DNA of 61,821 nt, counting the filler, from Archaeoglobus sp. JdFR-37 (GTDB lineage Archaea; Halobacteriota; Archaeoglobi; Archaeoglobales; Archaeoglobaceae), in NCBI GenBank assembly GCA_002010215.1. It is 3 parts of 3 records of this genome, joined end to end, with 100 filler letters (N's around TTAATTAATTAA, not from the genome) between each part and the next. Parts side by side here need not be neighbours in the genome. Positions count along the whole stretch, not along the records: positions 1 to 20,719 come from MTMY01000008.1; positions 20,820 to 41,522 come from MTMY01000009.1; 1 more part is not named here. One strand, 5' to 3'. Shown one piece after another: positions 20,074 to 29,213 of this stretch; position 1 is the stretch's first letter, and the number at the start of each line of letters is the position of its first letter. A program made the position numbers and the translations under genes. The notes below the pieces were generated by a model that worked only from the letters and a program-made list of their open reading frames with translations, had not been told where the DNA came from and made no database searches.

Positions 20074-20601
20074 ATGCGGGTGCCATGGAGGCGTGTGGCT
20101 TCCTGGCACTGTGATGCATGCGGAAAATGCTGCGTGGAGTATACTCCCAAACTAACATATTATGAGTTTCTGAAGCTCAGAAATACAGGATTTGTTATAG
20201 AGAAATCGGGAAGATATTATATTAGAAAAATTGGCAAACACTGCCCTTTCCAAATGGGAAGGCTCTGTAGACTTCAAAATAAATTGAAACCCCTTTCTTG
20301 CAGACTTTTCCCTTTCTCAATCTATAAAAAAGGCGAAGAAGAGGCGTTATATGAGTACATGGGTGAAGAGTTGTTTGTTTATGTCGACACTTTCTGCAGA
20401 AATGTAAAGTTTGGGAGAGCGGGAAAGAGTTTCAAAGAGATTGTAGATGATGCGGTTAGTATAATATATGGAAAAAAGAAATTTGGGAGACTTACCGCTC
20501 CTACTCTTCCTACTCCTGTTTCCCAATCCCCTTCTCAGCCTCCTCCTTCAAGACCCTCCTCAGGATCTTTCCGACAGCAGATTTCGGCAACTCATCCCTG
20601 A
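20074..20601 (+). CDS. YkgJ/UPF0153 cysteine-cluster (Fe-S or Zn) protein
   Basis: WHCDACGKCC, CPF...LCRL and KPLSCRLFPF. Confidence 0.8.
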   Translation: MRVPWRRVASWHCDACGKCCVEYTPKLTYYEFLKLRNTGFVIEKSGRYYIRKIGKHCPFQMGRLCRLQNKLKPLSCRLFPFSIYKKGEEEALYEYMGEELFVYVDTFCRNVKFGRAGKSFKEIVDDAVSIIYGKKKFGRLTAPTLPTPVSQSPSQPPPSRPSSGSFRQQISATHP

Positions 20602-20719
20602 ACTCCACCATCCTTGGTACCTTGTATGCAGCCATCCTCTCCCTGCAGAAGCCTATTATCTCCTCCTGGCTGACCTTTCCTTTGTATTCAGGTTTCAGGA
20701 CTATGTAGGCCTTTACCGT
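20510..20719 (-). CDS. Acyl-CoA synthetase (AMP-binding) C-terminal fragment, cut by the contig end
   Basis: Manual translation TVKAYIVLKPEYKGKVSQEEIIGFCRERMAAYKVPRMVEFRDELPKSAVGKILRRVLKEE...* contains the A10 motif PKSAVGK. Confidence 0.9.
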   Translation of the reverse strand, partial: TVKAYIVLKPEYKGKVSQEEIIGFCRERMAAYKVPRMVEFRDELPKSAVGKILRRVLKEEAEKGIGKQE

Positions 20720-20819
20720 NNNNNNNNNNNNNNNNNNNNNNNNNNNNNNNNNNNNNNNNNNNNTTAATTAATTAANNNNNNNNNNNNNNNNNNNNNNNNN
20801 NNNNNNNNNNNNNNNNNNN
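20720..20819. other. Artificial contig spacer (N-run, TTAATTAATTAA, N-run)
   Basis: 100-nt spacer with a six-frame stop linker; an identical one is at 41523. Confidence 0.97.
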
Positions 20820-21174
20820 GGCCGAAGAGGGCTGCATTCACAAAAGGTATCTGATCAACGCCTATGGCAGTAGCCAGACCTAGACTACCCCACCCCAGCT
20901 CCTCCATTATTATGTATCTCTGCAAAGGTGTCAGATCAGGCCCTTCGTATTCCGGAGTCAGGTGAATTCTGTGATATCCCAGCTTTTTCATCTGCTTTAT
21001 CACTCTGAAGTATGGTGAAGATGGTTTAATCCTCTCTTCCGGTGGCATTCTGTCCAGTTCTATGGATGCTGGCCTGATGACTTCTGCAGCGAATCTGTGC
21101 ACCTCTTCTTTCAAAAGTTTGTCCTCTTCAGCCAGCTCATCTAAATCGAGAAATTTCATATCTTCCTTAAACAT
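20820..21174 (-). CDS. Acyl-CoA dehydrogenase, N-terminal part (cut by the contig end)
   Basis: VHRFAAEVIRP, PEYEGPDL and IMEELGWGSLGLA. Confidence 0.85.
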
Positions 21175-21317
21175 TCATCTGATTTAAACGTTACAATTGT
21201 TTTTCTACTATATTGTTAGGAGCAAATTAGCAGATAAAGCAGATAACAAAACTTTGAGTAATACCAAAGAACATATGTAAGCCGAACGTCAGGTAAAATT
21301 AGACAGGAGGAAGCGAG

Positions 21318-22040
21318 ATGAAAGTTGTTGCGTTTAATGGCAGTCCCAGAACGGATGATGGGAATACAGCTTTAATCCTGAATCCATTTCTGGAAGGGAT
21401 GAGGGAAGTCGGAGCTGAAGTGGAGCTTTTTTACACCAGAAAGCTGAAAATAAATCCATGCACCGGAGAGTTTCACTGCTGGTTAAGAACTCTGGGAAAA
21501 TGCTACCAGAAAGACGATATGGAGATGGTTTTGGCCAATGTAAGGGATGCAGACATACTGGTTTTTGCAACTCCCGTCTACGTTGATGGAATGACTGGCC
21601 CGTTGAAAAATCTGCTGGACAGGCTAATTCCACTTGCAGAGCCATTTTTTGAGCTTCGCGATGGTCACTGCCGCCATCCCATTCGTGATGGTGTTAAGCG
21701 GGGAAAGGTAGTGCTGGTTTCCAACTGTGGGTTCTGGGAGATGGACAACTTCGACCCTCTGCTGGTGCACATGAAAGCAATGTGCAAAAACCTGAACTTG
21801 GAGTTTGTAGGAGCCCTGCTCCGCCCTCACGGCCCGTTACTGAAAGAGATGATGGAGAGGGGTATGGATGTTGGCGACATTACTGAGGCAGCCAGAGAAG
21901 CAGGAATTCAGCTTATCAGAGAAGGCAGGATTTCTGAAGAAACCCTGAAAACTATAAGCCGTCCACTGATGCCAAAGGAAGCATATGTGAAAGCCACCAA
22001 TAAATTCTTCCGGAAAATCCTTCAGGAAGTTTCAGAATAA
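21318..22040 (+). CDS. Iron-sulfur flavoprotein/flavodoxin family (NADPH-dependent FMN reductase fold)
   Basis: FNGSPR..GNT, CTGEFHCW..C..KDDM and ATPVY. Confidence 0.85.
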   Translation: MKVVAFNGSPRTDDGNTALILNPFLEGMREVGAEVELFYTRKLKINPCTGEFHCWLRTLGKCYQKDDMEMVLANVRDADILVFATPVYVDGMTGPLKNLLDRLIPLAEPFFELRDGHCRHPIRDGVKRGKVVLVSNCGFWEMDNFDPLLVHMKAMCKNLNLEFVGALLRPHGPLLKEMMERGMDVGDITEAAREAGIQLIREGRISEETLKTISRPLMPKEAYVKATNKFFRKILQEVSE

Positions 22041-22050
22041 TTAAGCTAAT

Positions 22051-22064
22051 CTTTTTCTTTTTTC
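22051..22064 (+). terminator. Oligo-T archaeal terminator
   Basis: CTTTTTCTTTTTTC about 10 nt after the stop at 22040, in a convergent intergenic region. Confidence 0.5.
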
Positions 22065-22167
22065 TAATGATTCTTAGTAATCTCACCCACCTGCCCCTCT
22101 TCCATCCCGAGGCTCCTTCAATTTAAATTTTTAGTTTAAAATAATTAAAATAAAAAATTAAATTAGA

Positions 22168-23229
22168 TCAATAACTCTCCCTGAAGTACTCCACCACTTT
22201 CGCATAGAGGTCTAGATTGTCCTTCAGAATCTTCGGCGATACTTGGAAATTCATGACGATGTGTCTACATCCCACCTCGTAGTACTTCTCGAATCTCTCT
22301 ATAAAGTCGTCAACCGTCCCGAAAACGATGGGTGACTTCTCTACCACCTCATCTGGCAGTTGCTTTGCAGCTTCAAACCAGGCTTTCGCATCTCTGGGGA
22401 ACACGAGCTTGAATGTCATCTCGAAATCGTAAGTTGGTGGCTCAAAGCCCATTGCTTCAAGAATTCTTGGCCTTGTAAGCAGCAGCATCTTGGCAGGGAG
22501 CATAACTCTCTCCCTTGCCTCATCGCTGCTGTTTGCTATGACGCCGTACATGAAGTGGGCCATGTCTATTTTCTCCGCATCCCTTCCAGCGTCCTTGGCA
22601 GCCTGCATAACGACCTCTCTACCCTCTTTATACTTCTCAACAGACAGATTTGCTGGGAGCCAGCCATCACCGTATTTTCCAACCATCCTCATGGTTCTTG
22701 GAGAGCTTCCTGCCACGTATATGGGATAGTGGGGCTTCTGAACGGGCTTCGGCTGCAGAAATGCCCGATTCAGTTTGTAATATTTACCCTCGAAGTCAAC
22801 GAAGTCCTCATTCAGCAGTCGCCTTATGACCTCAAGAGCCTCAATTGTCCTTCCTACAGGCTTGTCATACTCTATCCCATAGGGAACGAGATTCATCGCT
22901 TCGCCTATCCCTATACCCAGAATAGCTCTGCCTCCGGATATTATGTCACACGTCGTAGCCTTCTGGGCCAGAACTGCTGGATGATAGCGATAAGTATCGC
23001 TGACACCGCTTGCAAGCATGATTTTCTCAGTCAGAACTGAAAGAGCGCTCAGCGCCCCCCAGGCTTCTATTGCATCCCACCTCTTCACACCAGTAGCAAC
23101 TGTGTGATCTGGCATCCAGTAGCTGTCCAGATCAAGCTTCTCAGCATAAAGGACGATGTCCTTTATAGTCCCCCACGGAGCATTTGGTCCTTCAACTCCA
23201 AATTTTATTTTTTCCGGGTCAATATTCAT
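22168..23229 (-). CDS. LLM-class (luciferase-like) probably F420-dependent oxidoreductase
   Basis: WMPDH, HPAVLAQ..TCDIISGGRAILGIGIG, PKP..PIYVAG and GDGW. Confidence 0.85.
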   Translation of the reverse strand: MNIDPEKIKFGVEGPNAPWGTIKDIVLYAEKLDLDSYWMPDHTVATGVKRWDAIEAWGALSALSVLTEKIMLASGVSDTYRYHPAVLAQKATTCDIISGGRAILGIGIGEAMNLVPYGIEYDKPVGRTIEALEVIRRLLNEDFVDFEGKYYKLNRAFLQPKPVQKPHYPIYVAGSSPRTMRMVGKYGDGWLPANLSVEKYKEGREVVMQAAKDAGRDAEKIDMAHFMYGVIANSSDEARERVMLPAKMLLLTRPRILEAMGFEPPTYDFEMTFKLVFPRDAKAWFEAAKQLPDEVVEKSPIVFGTVDDFIERFEKYYEVGCRHIVMNFQVSPKILKDNLDLYAKVVEYFRESY

Positions 23230-23255
23230 CCAATCACCTCATTTACCCATTTACA

Positions 23256-23708
23256 CTATTCTACGGACCTGAAATACACCTTCCAGACCCCAGTCTCATC
23301 TTGGCCAGTCTCAGCCTTAACCTTCATTCCCACCTGGGGCAGACTCACCTCCCCTTCTTTCTCGCTTACAAACCACCCCATTATTCTGAAATCTCCAAAG
23401 CTAGCAACTGCTATGACGTAAGGCTTACCGGCAAACTCAAATCCCTGTGGAAAGCTGTAGAGCTGGGTGAAGCACTCTATAACCCCTTCCCCGCTTATCT
23501 CCACCCACTCCATATCGCTGGAGTAGCAGTAACTGCAATCAGCCTGAGGTGGCGAGAACTTTGCACCGCACGCTTTGCATTGGGTTCCGTATATCTTTCC
23601 TTCCTCAAGCCCCTTCCAGTACTTCTCAACTCTGGCAATTGGGAGCTTGTGTCTCAAAACGAAAGTTCTGCTCTCCATCACTCCTGTTTCTTCTGATCTG
23701 CTCATCAT
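23256..23708 (-). CDS. DUF35 Zn-ribbon/OB-fold acyl-CoA-binding protein
   Basis: CKACG..FSPPQADCSYC followed by an OB fold; abuts the thiolase. Confidence 0.9.
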   Translation of the reverse strand: MMSRSEETGVMESRTFVLRHKLPIARVEKYWKGLEEGKIYGTQCKACGAKFSPPQADCSYCYSSDMEWVEISGEGVIECFTQLYSFPQGFEFAGKPYVIAVASFGDFRIMGWFVSEKEGEVSLPQVGMKVKAETGQDETGVWKVYFRSVE

Positions 23709-24890
23709 TCACACCCCCAGAATGTAAACCCAGCCAAAATGGCCCGTGCCTCCAATATTGTGTGTAAGACCCTTGTAGTTCTTCAGCTCAGCCTGCAAAT
23801 CTCCTGCTTCTTCGCGGAGCTGCTTCACGATCTCATATATCATGGCAACACCCGTTGCACCCAGAGGATGCCCTTTGGCCTTCAATCCTCCAAAGGTATT
23901 CACCGGCAACTTGCCGCCGAAGTCGGATTCACCTTCCTCGATGAACTTCCCGCCTTCTCCCTTCCTGCAGAAGCCTAGGTCTTCGTAGGCCATTATCTCG
24001 GCAATTGTAAAGCAGTCATGCAGAGCGGCAACATCAATCTGCTTCAACGGATCATCTATCCCGGCCATCCTGTAGGCCATTTGGGATGCTTCAACACTAG
24101 CCTTCAACCCCGCATAATCGGCCCTTTTCGGCATGTTTGCGGTGTCGCTGCTGTAGCCAACACCCTCAATCCATACTACATTATCGATTCCAAGCTCCTT
24201 TATCTTCTCTTCACTGGCCAGAACAGCGGCAGCAGCACCATCACTTATGGGACTGCAGTCAAAGAGACGAAGCGGGTATGCCACATATCTTGAACCCACA
24301 GCCTTCTCCAGCGTAATCTCCTTCCGGAACTGGGCCTTGGGATTCTTTGCGGCATTCCTGTGGTTCTTGACGGCCACCATAGCCATCTGCTTATCTGTGG
24401 TGCCGTATCTTGCCATGTGGGCTGCTGCAAGCATGGCATAGTAGCCGGGGAAGGTTGTGCCGTACTGATGGAACTCCCACAGGTAGCTACCGCTCCTGCC
24501 ACCAACGGCCAGTGAAGTAGGCGTATCAACCTCATTCATCTTCTCAAATCCTATGGCCACAGCAAGATCAGCTATTCCGGCCCTGATGCTGGTATAAGCA
24601 GTATAAACAGCGGCACTTCCAGTGGCACAGGCAGCCTCGACCCTTATAGGACCTTTCCCGGCAAAACCACAGTATTCGTTGATTGGAACAGCAGGCATGA
24701 GCTCATAACTCCTCGTTCCTGCAGTACCAACAACACTCAGCTGTATGTCCTCTCTCGTCACTCCAGCATCCTGCAGAGCCTCTCTAACAGCCTCAAAGGC
24801 TATCTCCTGTATTGTGGCATCATCTCTAACTCCAAATTTTGTACATCCAACTCCAATTATTCCTACTCTTGTTTCACTTCCCATTCCCAT
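23709..24890 (-). CDS. Thiolase (archaeal SCP2-like acetyl-CoA C-acyltransferase)
   Basis: EAACATG, HDCF and KGHPLGATG. Confidence 0.92.
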   Translation of the reverse strand: MGMGSETRVGIIGVGCTKFGVRDDATIQEIAFEAVREALQDAGVTREDIQLSVVGTAGTRSYELMPAVPINEYCGFAGKGPIRVEAACATGSAAVYTAYTSIRAGIADLAVAIGFEKMNEVDTPTSLAVGGRSGSYLWEFHQYGTTFPGYYAMLAAAHMARYGTTDKQMAMVAVKNHRNAAKNPKAQFRKEITLEKAVGSRYVAYPLRLFDCSPISDGAAAAVLASEEKIKELGIDNVVWIEGVGYSSDTANMPKRADYAGLKASVEASQMAYRMAGIDDPLKQIDVAALHDCFTIAEIMAYEDLGFCRKGEGGKFIEEGESDFGGKLPVNTFGGLKAKGHPLGATGVAMIYEIVKQLREEAGDLQAELKNYKGLTHNIGGTGHFGWVYILGV

Positions 24891-24995
24891 ACCTCCTAAA
24901 CACCATCATAAATTATTAAATTTCCTCAAATATCGATTCAGACATTCGCATTTCACACATCACACGTCAATCCCCAAAGGTTCGGGATTCACATT

Positions 24996-26108
24996 TCAGA
25001 GGTCGAAGAGGTCATCCACCTCATCATTTAGCTTCGGCATTCTTCCGTGTTTCTGCAAAAACTCCTGAATAAGCTCACTTTCTCGCATGGTGTACATTTC
25101 ATGCTCTTCGTAATCAAAATAGGCTGCTCTGCCAACTTCTGAGTGTAATTCCTCTCTGAGATTTGGAGTACCCTTTATATAGACAACTTCCATATTCTCA
25201 TCATAAAGTCTGAAGACTCCAGGAGAATCAGGAAGAGATGCTACACTTTCAGGTGTGAGCTCTAATGCCTCTGTCAGCAGAGGCAGCTTCTTGGCAACAA
25301 TTGAGTCTCTCCACTTATTGCTTGCTTTCTTTTTAATGTCCCTCACCACTCCGGTGGGGCATATTTCAACGCAAACTCCGCAAAACTTGCATCCTGATTC
25401 TACGTCAGTCTGTGCAGTTCTCCCCACAATGACGTTTCCTGCACTGCTTTCAATCACAAAACCAAGCGCGTTGGCCTCCCTCACTTCCCTACAACCCCTC
25501 ACACACCTTGTGCAGTTAATGCAGTAGTTCCAGTCCCACTTGTACAGCTTCTCCTCCACCACAGGGAGGCCCCTATACATATATCTGGGGGTTTCTGGTG
25601 GTATTCCGATGTATTCAGCAGTGAAGCGAAGTTCGCATTTGGAAAAGAGGTCGCAGCACCTCTCTTCAACAGGATAGCCAAAGGTACACTGAATTCTGTC
25701 ACAGCCATTTCTATACTCACACGTTATGCACACATGGGGGTGGGTTGCAAAGATTCTTACTAGGTTGCTTTTTCTTTCCTTTATTGCCCTTTCATCTCTG
25801 GTATCAACCTTTAATCCATCTCTGACAGGAGTATCACAAGCTTTGACAATCTCACCATCGGCAATTACAAAGCAAAGGCCACAGCCTTCATACTCTCCTT
25901 CCACACCCTGATACCTCTCCCCGTTTCTGTACACAATCTCGTCAGCTATCTTTCCGGGAGCTGGAGAAACATTAGGATGGTAGCACAGATTCGGGATGTA
26001 GATGTTATTCTTCAAAGCCACTTCGAGAATAGTCTTGCCTTCCTCTACGTCAAGCTGCACGCCATCTATGGTTATTCTGACCATCCTTCCACCTCTGTCA
26101 GATTCCAT
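24996..26108 (-). CDS. Short BzdV-like Fe-S protein (2Fe-2S and 4Fe-4S domains with a GIY-YIG-like C-terminus)
   Basis: NuoG/FdhA-type N-terminus (IPNLCYHP, GCGLC, HPHVCITC), two ferredoxin motifs and a C-terminal LPDSPGVFRLYD...VVYIKG; directly follows bzdQ. Confidence 0.65.
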   Translation of the reverse strand: MESDRGGRMVRITIDGVQLDVEEGKTILEVALKNNIYIPNLCYHPNVSPAPGKIADEIVYRNGERYQGVEGEYEGCGLCFVIADGEIVKACDTPVRDGLKVDTRDERAIKERKSNLVRIFATHPHVCITCEYRNGCDRIQCTFGYPVEERCCDLFSKCELRFTAEYIGIPPETPRYMYRGLPVVEEKLYKWDWNYCINCTRCVRGCREVREANALGFVIESSAGNVIVGRTAQTDVESGCKFCGVCVEICPTGVVRDIKKKASNKWRDSIVAKKLPLLTEALELTPESVASLPDSPGVFRLYDENMEVVYIKGTPNLREELHSEVGRAAYFDYEEHEMYTMRESELIQEFLQKHGRMPKLNDEVDDLFDL

Positions 26109-26126
26109 CCCCCTAAAAAAGGGGAG

Positions 26127-27008
26127 TTATTTCTTGGATTTAATGTAGAGGGCCCTTCCGAAGAGGGCTGCACCTATGGCTCCAGCAAGCTGAGGATCAT
26201 ACTTTGGTTCCAGAGCTTTAAGGCCAAGCTTGTCCTCTATTCTCTTCACAACCCCGATATTCTTGGAAATCCCACCGGTTATGGCGAACTCGGGTTCGAC
26301 TCCTACTCTCTCCAGCAGCTCCACAACCCTGCTGGCTACAGCGTTGAAGAAGGCTGCAAGAATCCTTTCCTTACCCCAGCCTTTTCTGATGAGTCCCAGA
26401 ATCTCAGATTTTGCGAAAACCACACAGGTTGTGCTGACAGGTTCAGGCTCCTCATCCACCTGCAGTGAAAGCTGCCCCGCTTCAGTAATCGGAATAGAGA
26501 GCAGATCACACACAACCTCAATGCCTCTACCAGTTCCGGCAGCACACTTGTCGTTCATCAGGAAGTTTATCACCTTGCCCCTGCTGTCCACCTTTATTGC
26601 CTTCAGATCCTGCCCGCCCATGTCAAGAACAGTCCTCACCTTGTCTCCGTAAACGTAAACAGCGCCTCTCCCATGGCAGGCAATTTCAGTTATGGTCTTC
26701 TGGGCAAAGGGTATGCTCACCCTTCCATAGCCAGTACCGACAATATAATGAATGTCGTCCCTTTTCATGTCTCCAATCTTCTCCAGCATGGCATTTACGG
26801 CCTTTTCAGCACTTGCAGCACTGCTTGTACCGGTTCGCATATTTGCATAGGCATAGAGCTCACCATCCAGCATCACAACTGCCTGAGTGCTGACCGATCC
26901 CAGATCAATTCCACAGCTTATTACTTCAGCATCCTGCCAGTTCTTAGACTCATCAACCCAAATGCTCTCGGGCCATCTCCAGTATTCGCTTTCTTGGACC
27001 GTAACCAT
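26127..27008 (-). CDS. bzdQ: Class I benzoyl-CoA reductase, ATP-binding subunit Q
   Basis: YWRWPES N-terminus, GIDLGS, TGYGR, EIACHGRG, DMGGQD, MNDKCAAGTGRG and STTCVVFAKSE. Confidence 0.9.
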   Translation of the reverse strand: MVTVQESEYWRWPESIWVDESKNWQDAEVISCGIDLGSVSTQAVVMLDGELYAYANMRTGTSSAASAEKAVNAMLEKIGDMKRDDIHYIVGTGYGRVSIPFAQKTITEIACHGRGAVYVYGDKVRTVLDMGGQDLKAIKVDSRGKVINFLMNDKCAAGTGRGIEVVCDLLSIPITEAGQLSLQVDEEPEPVSTTCVVFAKSEILGLIRKGWGKERILAAFFNAVASRVVELLERVGVEPEFAITGGISKNIGVVKRIEDKLGLKALEPKYDPQLAGAIGAALFGRALYIKSKK

Positions 27009-27044
27009 ATTTCCACCTCCATAAACCCTACATAAACCTAAAAG

Positions 27045-27833
27045 CTAAAGGGCTGAAAGGGCAGCCCCAATGGCTGGAATCACCTCTGGTGGGTATTCTT
27101 CGGGCACGTAAACTTCTCTTCCAAGCTCTCTCTTCATGGAATCAATGAAGCCGATATCATATGCCAGACCACCAATAAGCAGCACATCATCCTGTATATC
27201 TAGACGCCTAGCTATTGCAGCAACTCTATCTGCGATAGCGTCGTGGATTGCTCTGGAAATCTCGGCCTTTGGTACATTTGAGTGTAGAAGCGAGACAACC
27301 TCGGACTCAGCGAAGACGACACATTGCGCATTCATAGGTATTGCTCTTGTAGCCTGCAGCGCAAGCTGTCCGAACTCCTCAGGTGTCACTTCCAGATACC
27401 TTATCATGGCGTCAACGAAGGAGCCTGCACCGGCAGCGCATTTGTCTGCCAGAGCGAAGTCCTTAACGTTACCGTTCTCATCCAGCTTCACAGCCCTGCT
27501 TTCCTCTGCTCCAACCTCAATAACCGTTCTGGTGGTGGGTCTGACATAGTATGCTCCTTTGCCAGCTGCCATGATCTGTGTGAGTTCTTCATCGGCAAAT
27601 GGAGCAGATATTTTTCCGAATCCGGTGGCAACAATCTTCTTTATGTCTTCCCTTGCGACACCTGCTTTCTTCAAAGCTTCCTCAAAGGCCTCTTCTGACG
27701 TCTTTTTGTGATCTGTGCCAGTCCTCATAACCACGTATGAGAGCACCTTCTTATTCTCACCCATTATAACGACCTTCGTTAACTTTGATCCCACATCAAT
27801 ACCAGCTACGGGCATGGATCTCACCTCACTCAC
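27045..27833 (-). CDS. bzdP: Class I benzoyl-CoA reductase, ATP-binding subunit P
   Basis: GIDVGS, EVGAEESR, DKCAAGAGSF and NAQCVVFAESEVVSL. Confidence 0.88.
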   Translation of the reverse strand: MSEVRSMPVAGIDVGSKLTKVVIMGENKKVLSYVVMRTGTDHKKTSEEAFEEALKKAGVAREDIKKIVATGFGKISAPFADEELTQIMAAGKGAYYVRPTTRTVIEVGAEESRAVKLDENGNVKDFALADKCAAGAGSFVDAMIRYLEVTPEEFGQLALQATRAIPMNAQCVVFAESEVVSLLHSNVPKAEISRAIHDAIADRVAAIARRLDIQDDVLLIGGLAYDIGFIDSMKRELGREVYVPEEYPPEVIPAIGAALSAL

Positions 27834-27854
27834 GTTTCATCACATCTCATTCAC

Positions 27855-29195
27855 TCACGCCAATTTCTCTATCCCAAGGCTCTGCATGAAGGAGTCGATG
27901 ACGTTGAAGGTTCTGGCTTCATCAAATTCCCTGGGGTCAGCCATGTTACCTTCATATGTCGCAACAGGCACATTGTTCTTCACCAAATAATCTCTAACTT
28001 CAAGTGTTGACATGTTCCAGAGCTCACATCCTCTGTTGAGGTGCATGATTATGGCATCAGCTTTCCAGTCCTTCACCATCTGCAGAGTTTCCTGCTTTCT
28101 TATCCAGTGGGAGTACTCGTGCTGCCAAGATGCTCTATACTTCAGATTGAACATGGCTGTCCACCAGAGGGCACTTCTTCTGTCGTGGATTTCGTAACCT
28201 GCCTCCTCAGGAGTTGGAGCAGGTTCCCAGATCCAGTTCTCACCCTTCTCGTCCATACCAATCCAGGATGCACCTAGTCCGAAGGTGTAGATGGAGCCAA
28301 CAGAAACTGCTCCGTAGGTCTGCTCTAGATAGCGGTAAACCTTCAGGAAGGGCCACGGTGGTGGGTTATCCGTTACAAACCTGAACTGCTCGTGAGTCAG
28401 AGCTCCAATTCCTCTCTTCACCCTGCTCTCCACCTCATCGTAGAGCTTCTCGTAGAGCTTCACGACCTTCTCATCACTTCTTCGAAGCAGCGTCATCACA
28501 TAGAAGGAGAACATGGACTTCTCTTCCATGGGAGCCGGAACAGCCTGATTCAGCTTGCATATCTTGCTCCACAGAGTCATGGACTTGGCTTCATTCTCAA
28601 CTGCCTTGATGAGCAGCTCGTCATCGTACTCCCTGCCGGTAACCTTTTCCATCCATGTAACTGCATCCTCAAGCTGCCTTACAACATACTCTATTTTCTT
28701 GTCATCCAGCTGGTAGCCGGGGCCGACAGATATGTCCACAGCATAAGTTGGCACTCCGCCTTCCAGCTCAGCAGCATAGTGATACCATTTCGCATGTGTA
28801 CAGCATATGTGGATGGTGAAATTGAAGTCTGGCTTGGGAAACGGCTCTATTTCTGTGCCATCAGCCAGCAAGTATTTGTCCATTGCAACGCTTCCCCAGT
28901 AATTTCTCATGTAACCGCAGAGGTCTCTGGCAGCACCCTTCCTCTCAATTGTCTCAAGGGCTCTGACAGAAAACTCCCTGAAGAAGGCTGCTGTAGCACC
29001 ATAGGGTTCGCCTGTCAGGGGATATACATCCTCTCCCAGTCCTGCTGGAACAGGGTCAAAAGACCAGGCAGAGCCGGCCCATCTTATTCCGCCCTTATCC
29101 TTAGCTTCCAGATAATTTTTGTAATACTCTATCCTGTAATTCTTGAAATCATCCCAGCAATCAAACGGCCTAACCTTAACCTCCATTTTTATCAC
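27855..29195 (-). CDS. bzdO: Class I benzoyl-CoA reductase subunit O
   Basis: IRWAGSAWSF, TGEPYGA, RDLCGYMRNYWG, HICCTHAKWY, HLNRGCE and YEGNMADPRE. Confidence 0.9.
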   Translation of the reverse strand: MIKMEVKVRPFDCWDDFKNYRIEYYKNYLEAKDKGGIRWAGSAWSFDPVPAGLGEDVYPLTGEPYGATAAFFREFSVRALETIERKGAARDLCGYMRNYWGSVAMDKYLLADGTEIEPFPKPDFNFTIHICCTHAKWYHYAAELEGGVPTYAVDISVGPGYQLDDKKIEYVVRQLEDAVTWMEKVTGREYDDELLIKAVENEAKSMTLWSKICKLNQAVPAPMEEKSMFSFYVMTLLRRSDEKVVKLYEKLYDEVESRVKRGIGALTHEQFRFVTDNPPPWPFLKVYRYLEQTYGAVSVGSIYTFGLGASWIGMDEKGENWIWEPAPTPEEAGYEIHDRRSALWWTAMFNLKYRASWQHEYSHWIRKQETLQMVKDWKADAIIMHLNRGCELWNMSTLEVRDYLVKNNVPVATYEGNMADPREFDEARTFNVIDSFMQSLGIEKLA

Positions 29196-29213
29196 CTCTG
29201 AACATCAAGAACA

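Noticed and set aside
20720..20819. Palindromic TTAATTAATTAA within N-runs (repeated at 41523-41622)
   Set aside because: Artificial six-frame-stop contig linker; ORFs and gene adjacency across it are not biological.
28392..29201. Long antisense ORFs (also 14759-15556, 22360-23040, 49067-49693)
   Set aside because: Shadow frames of well-supported genes on the opposite strand, with no motifs of their own.
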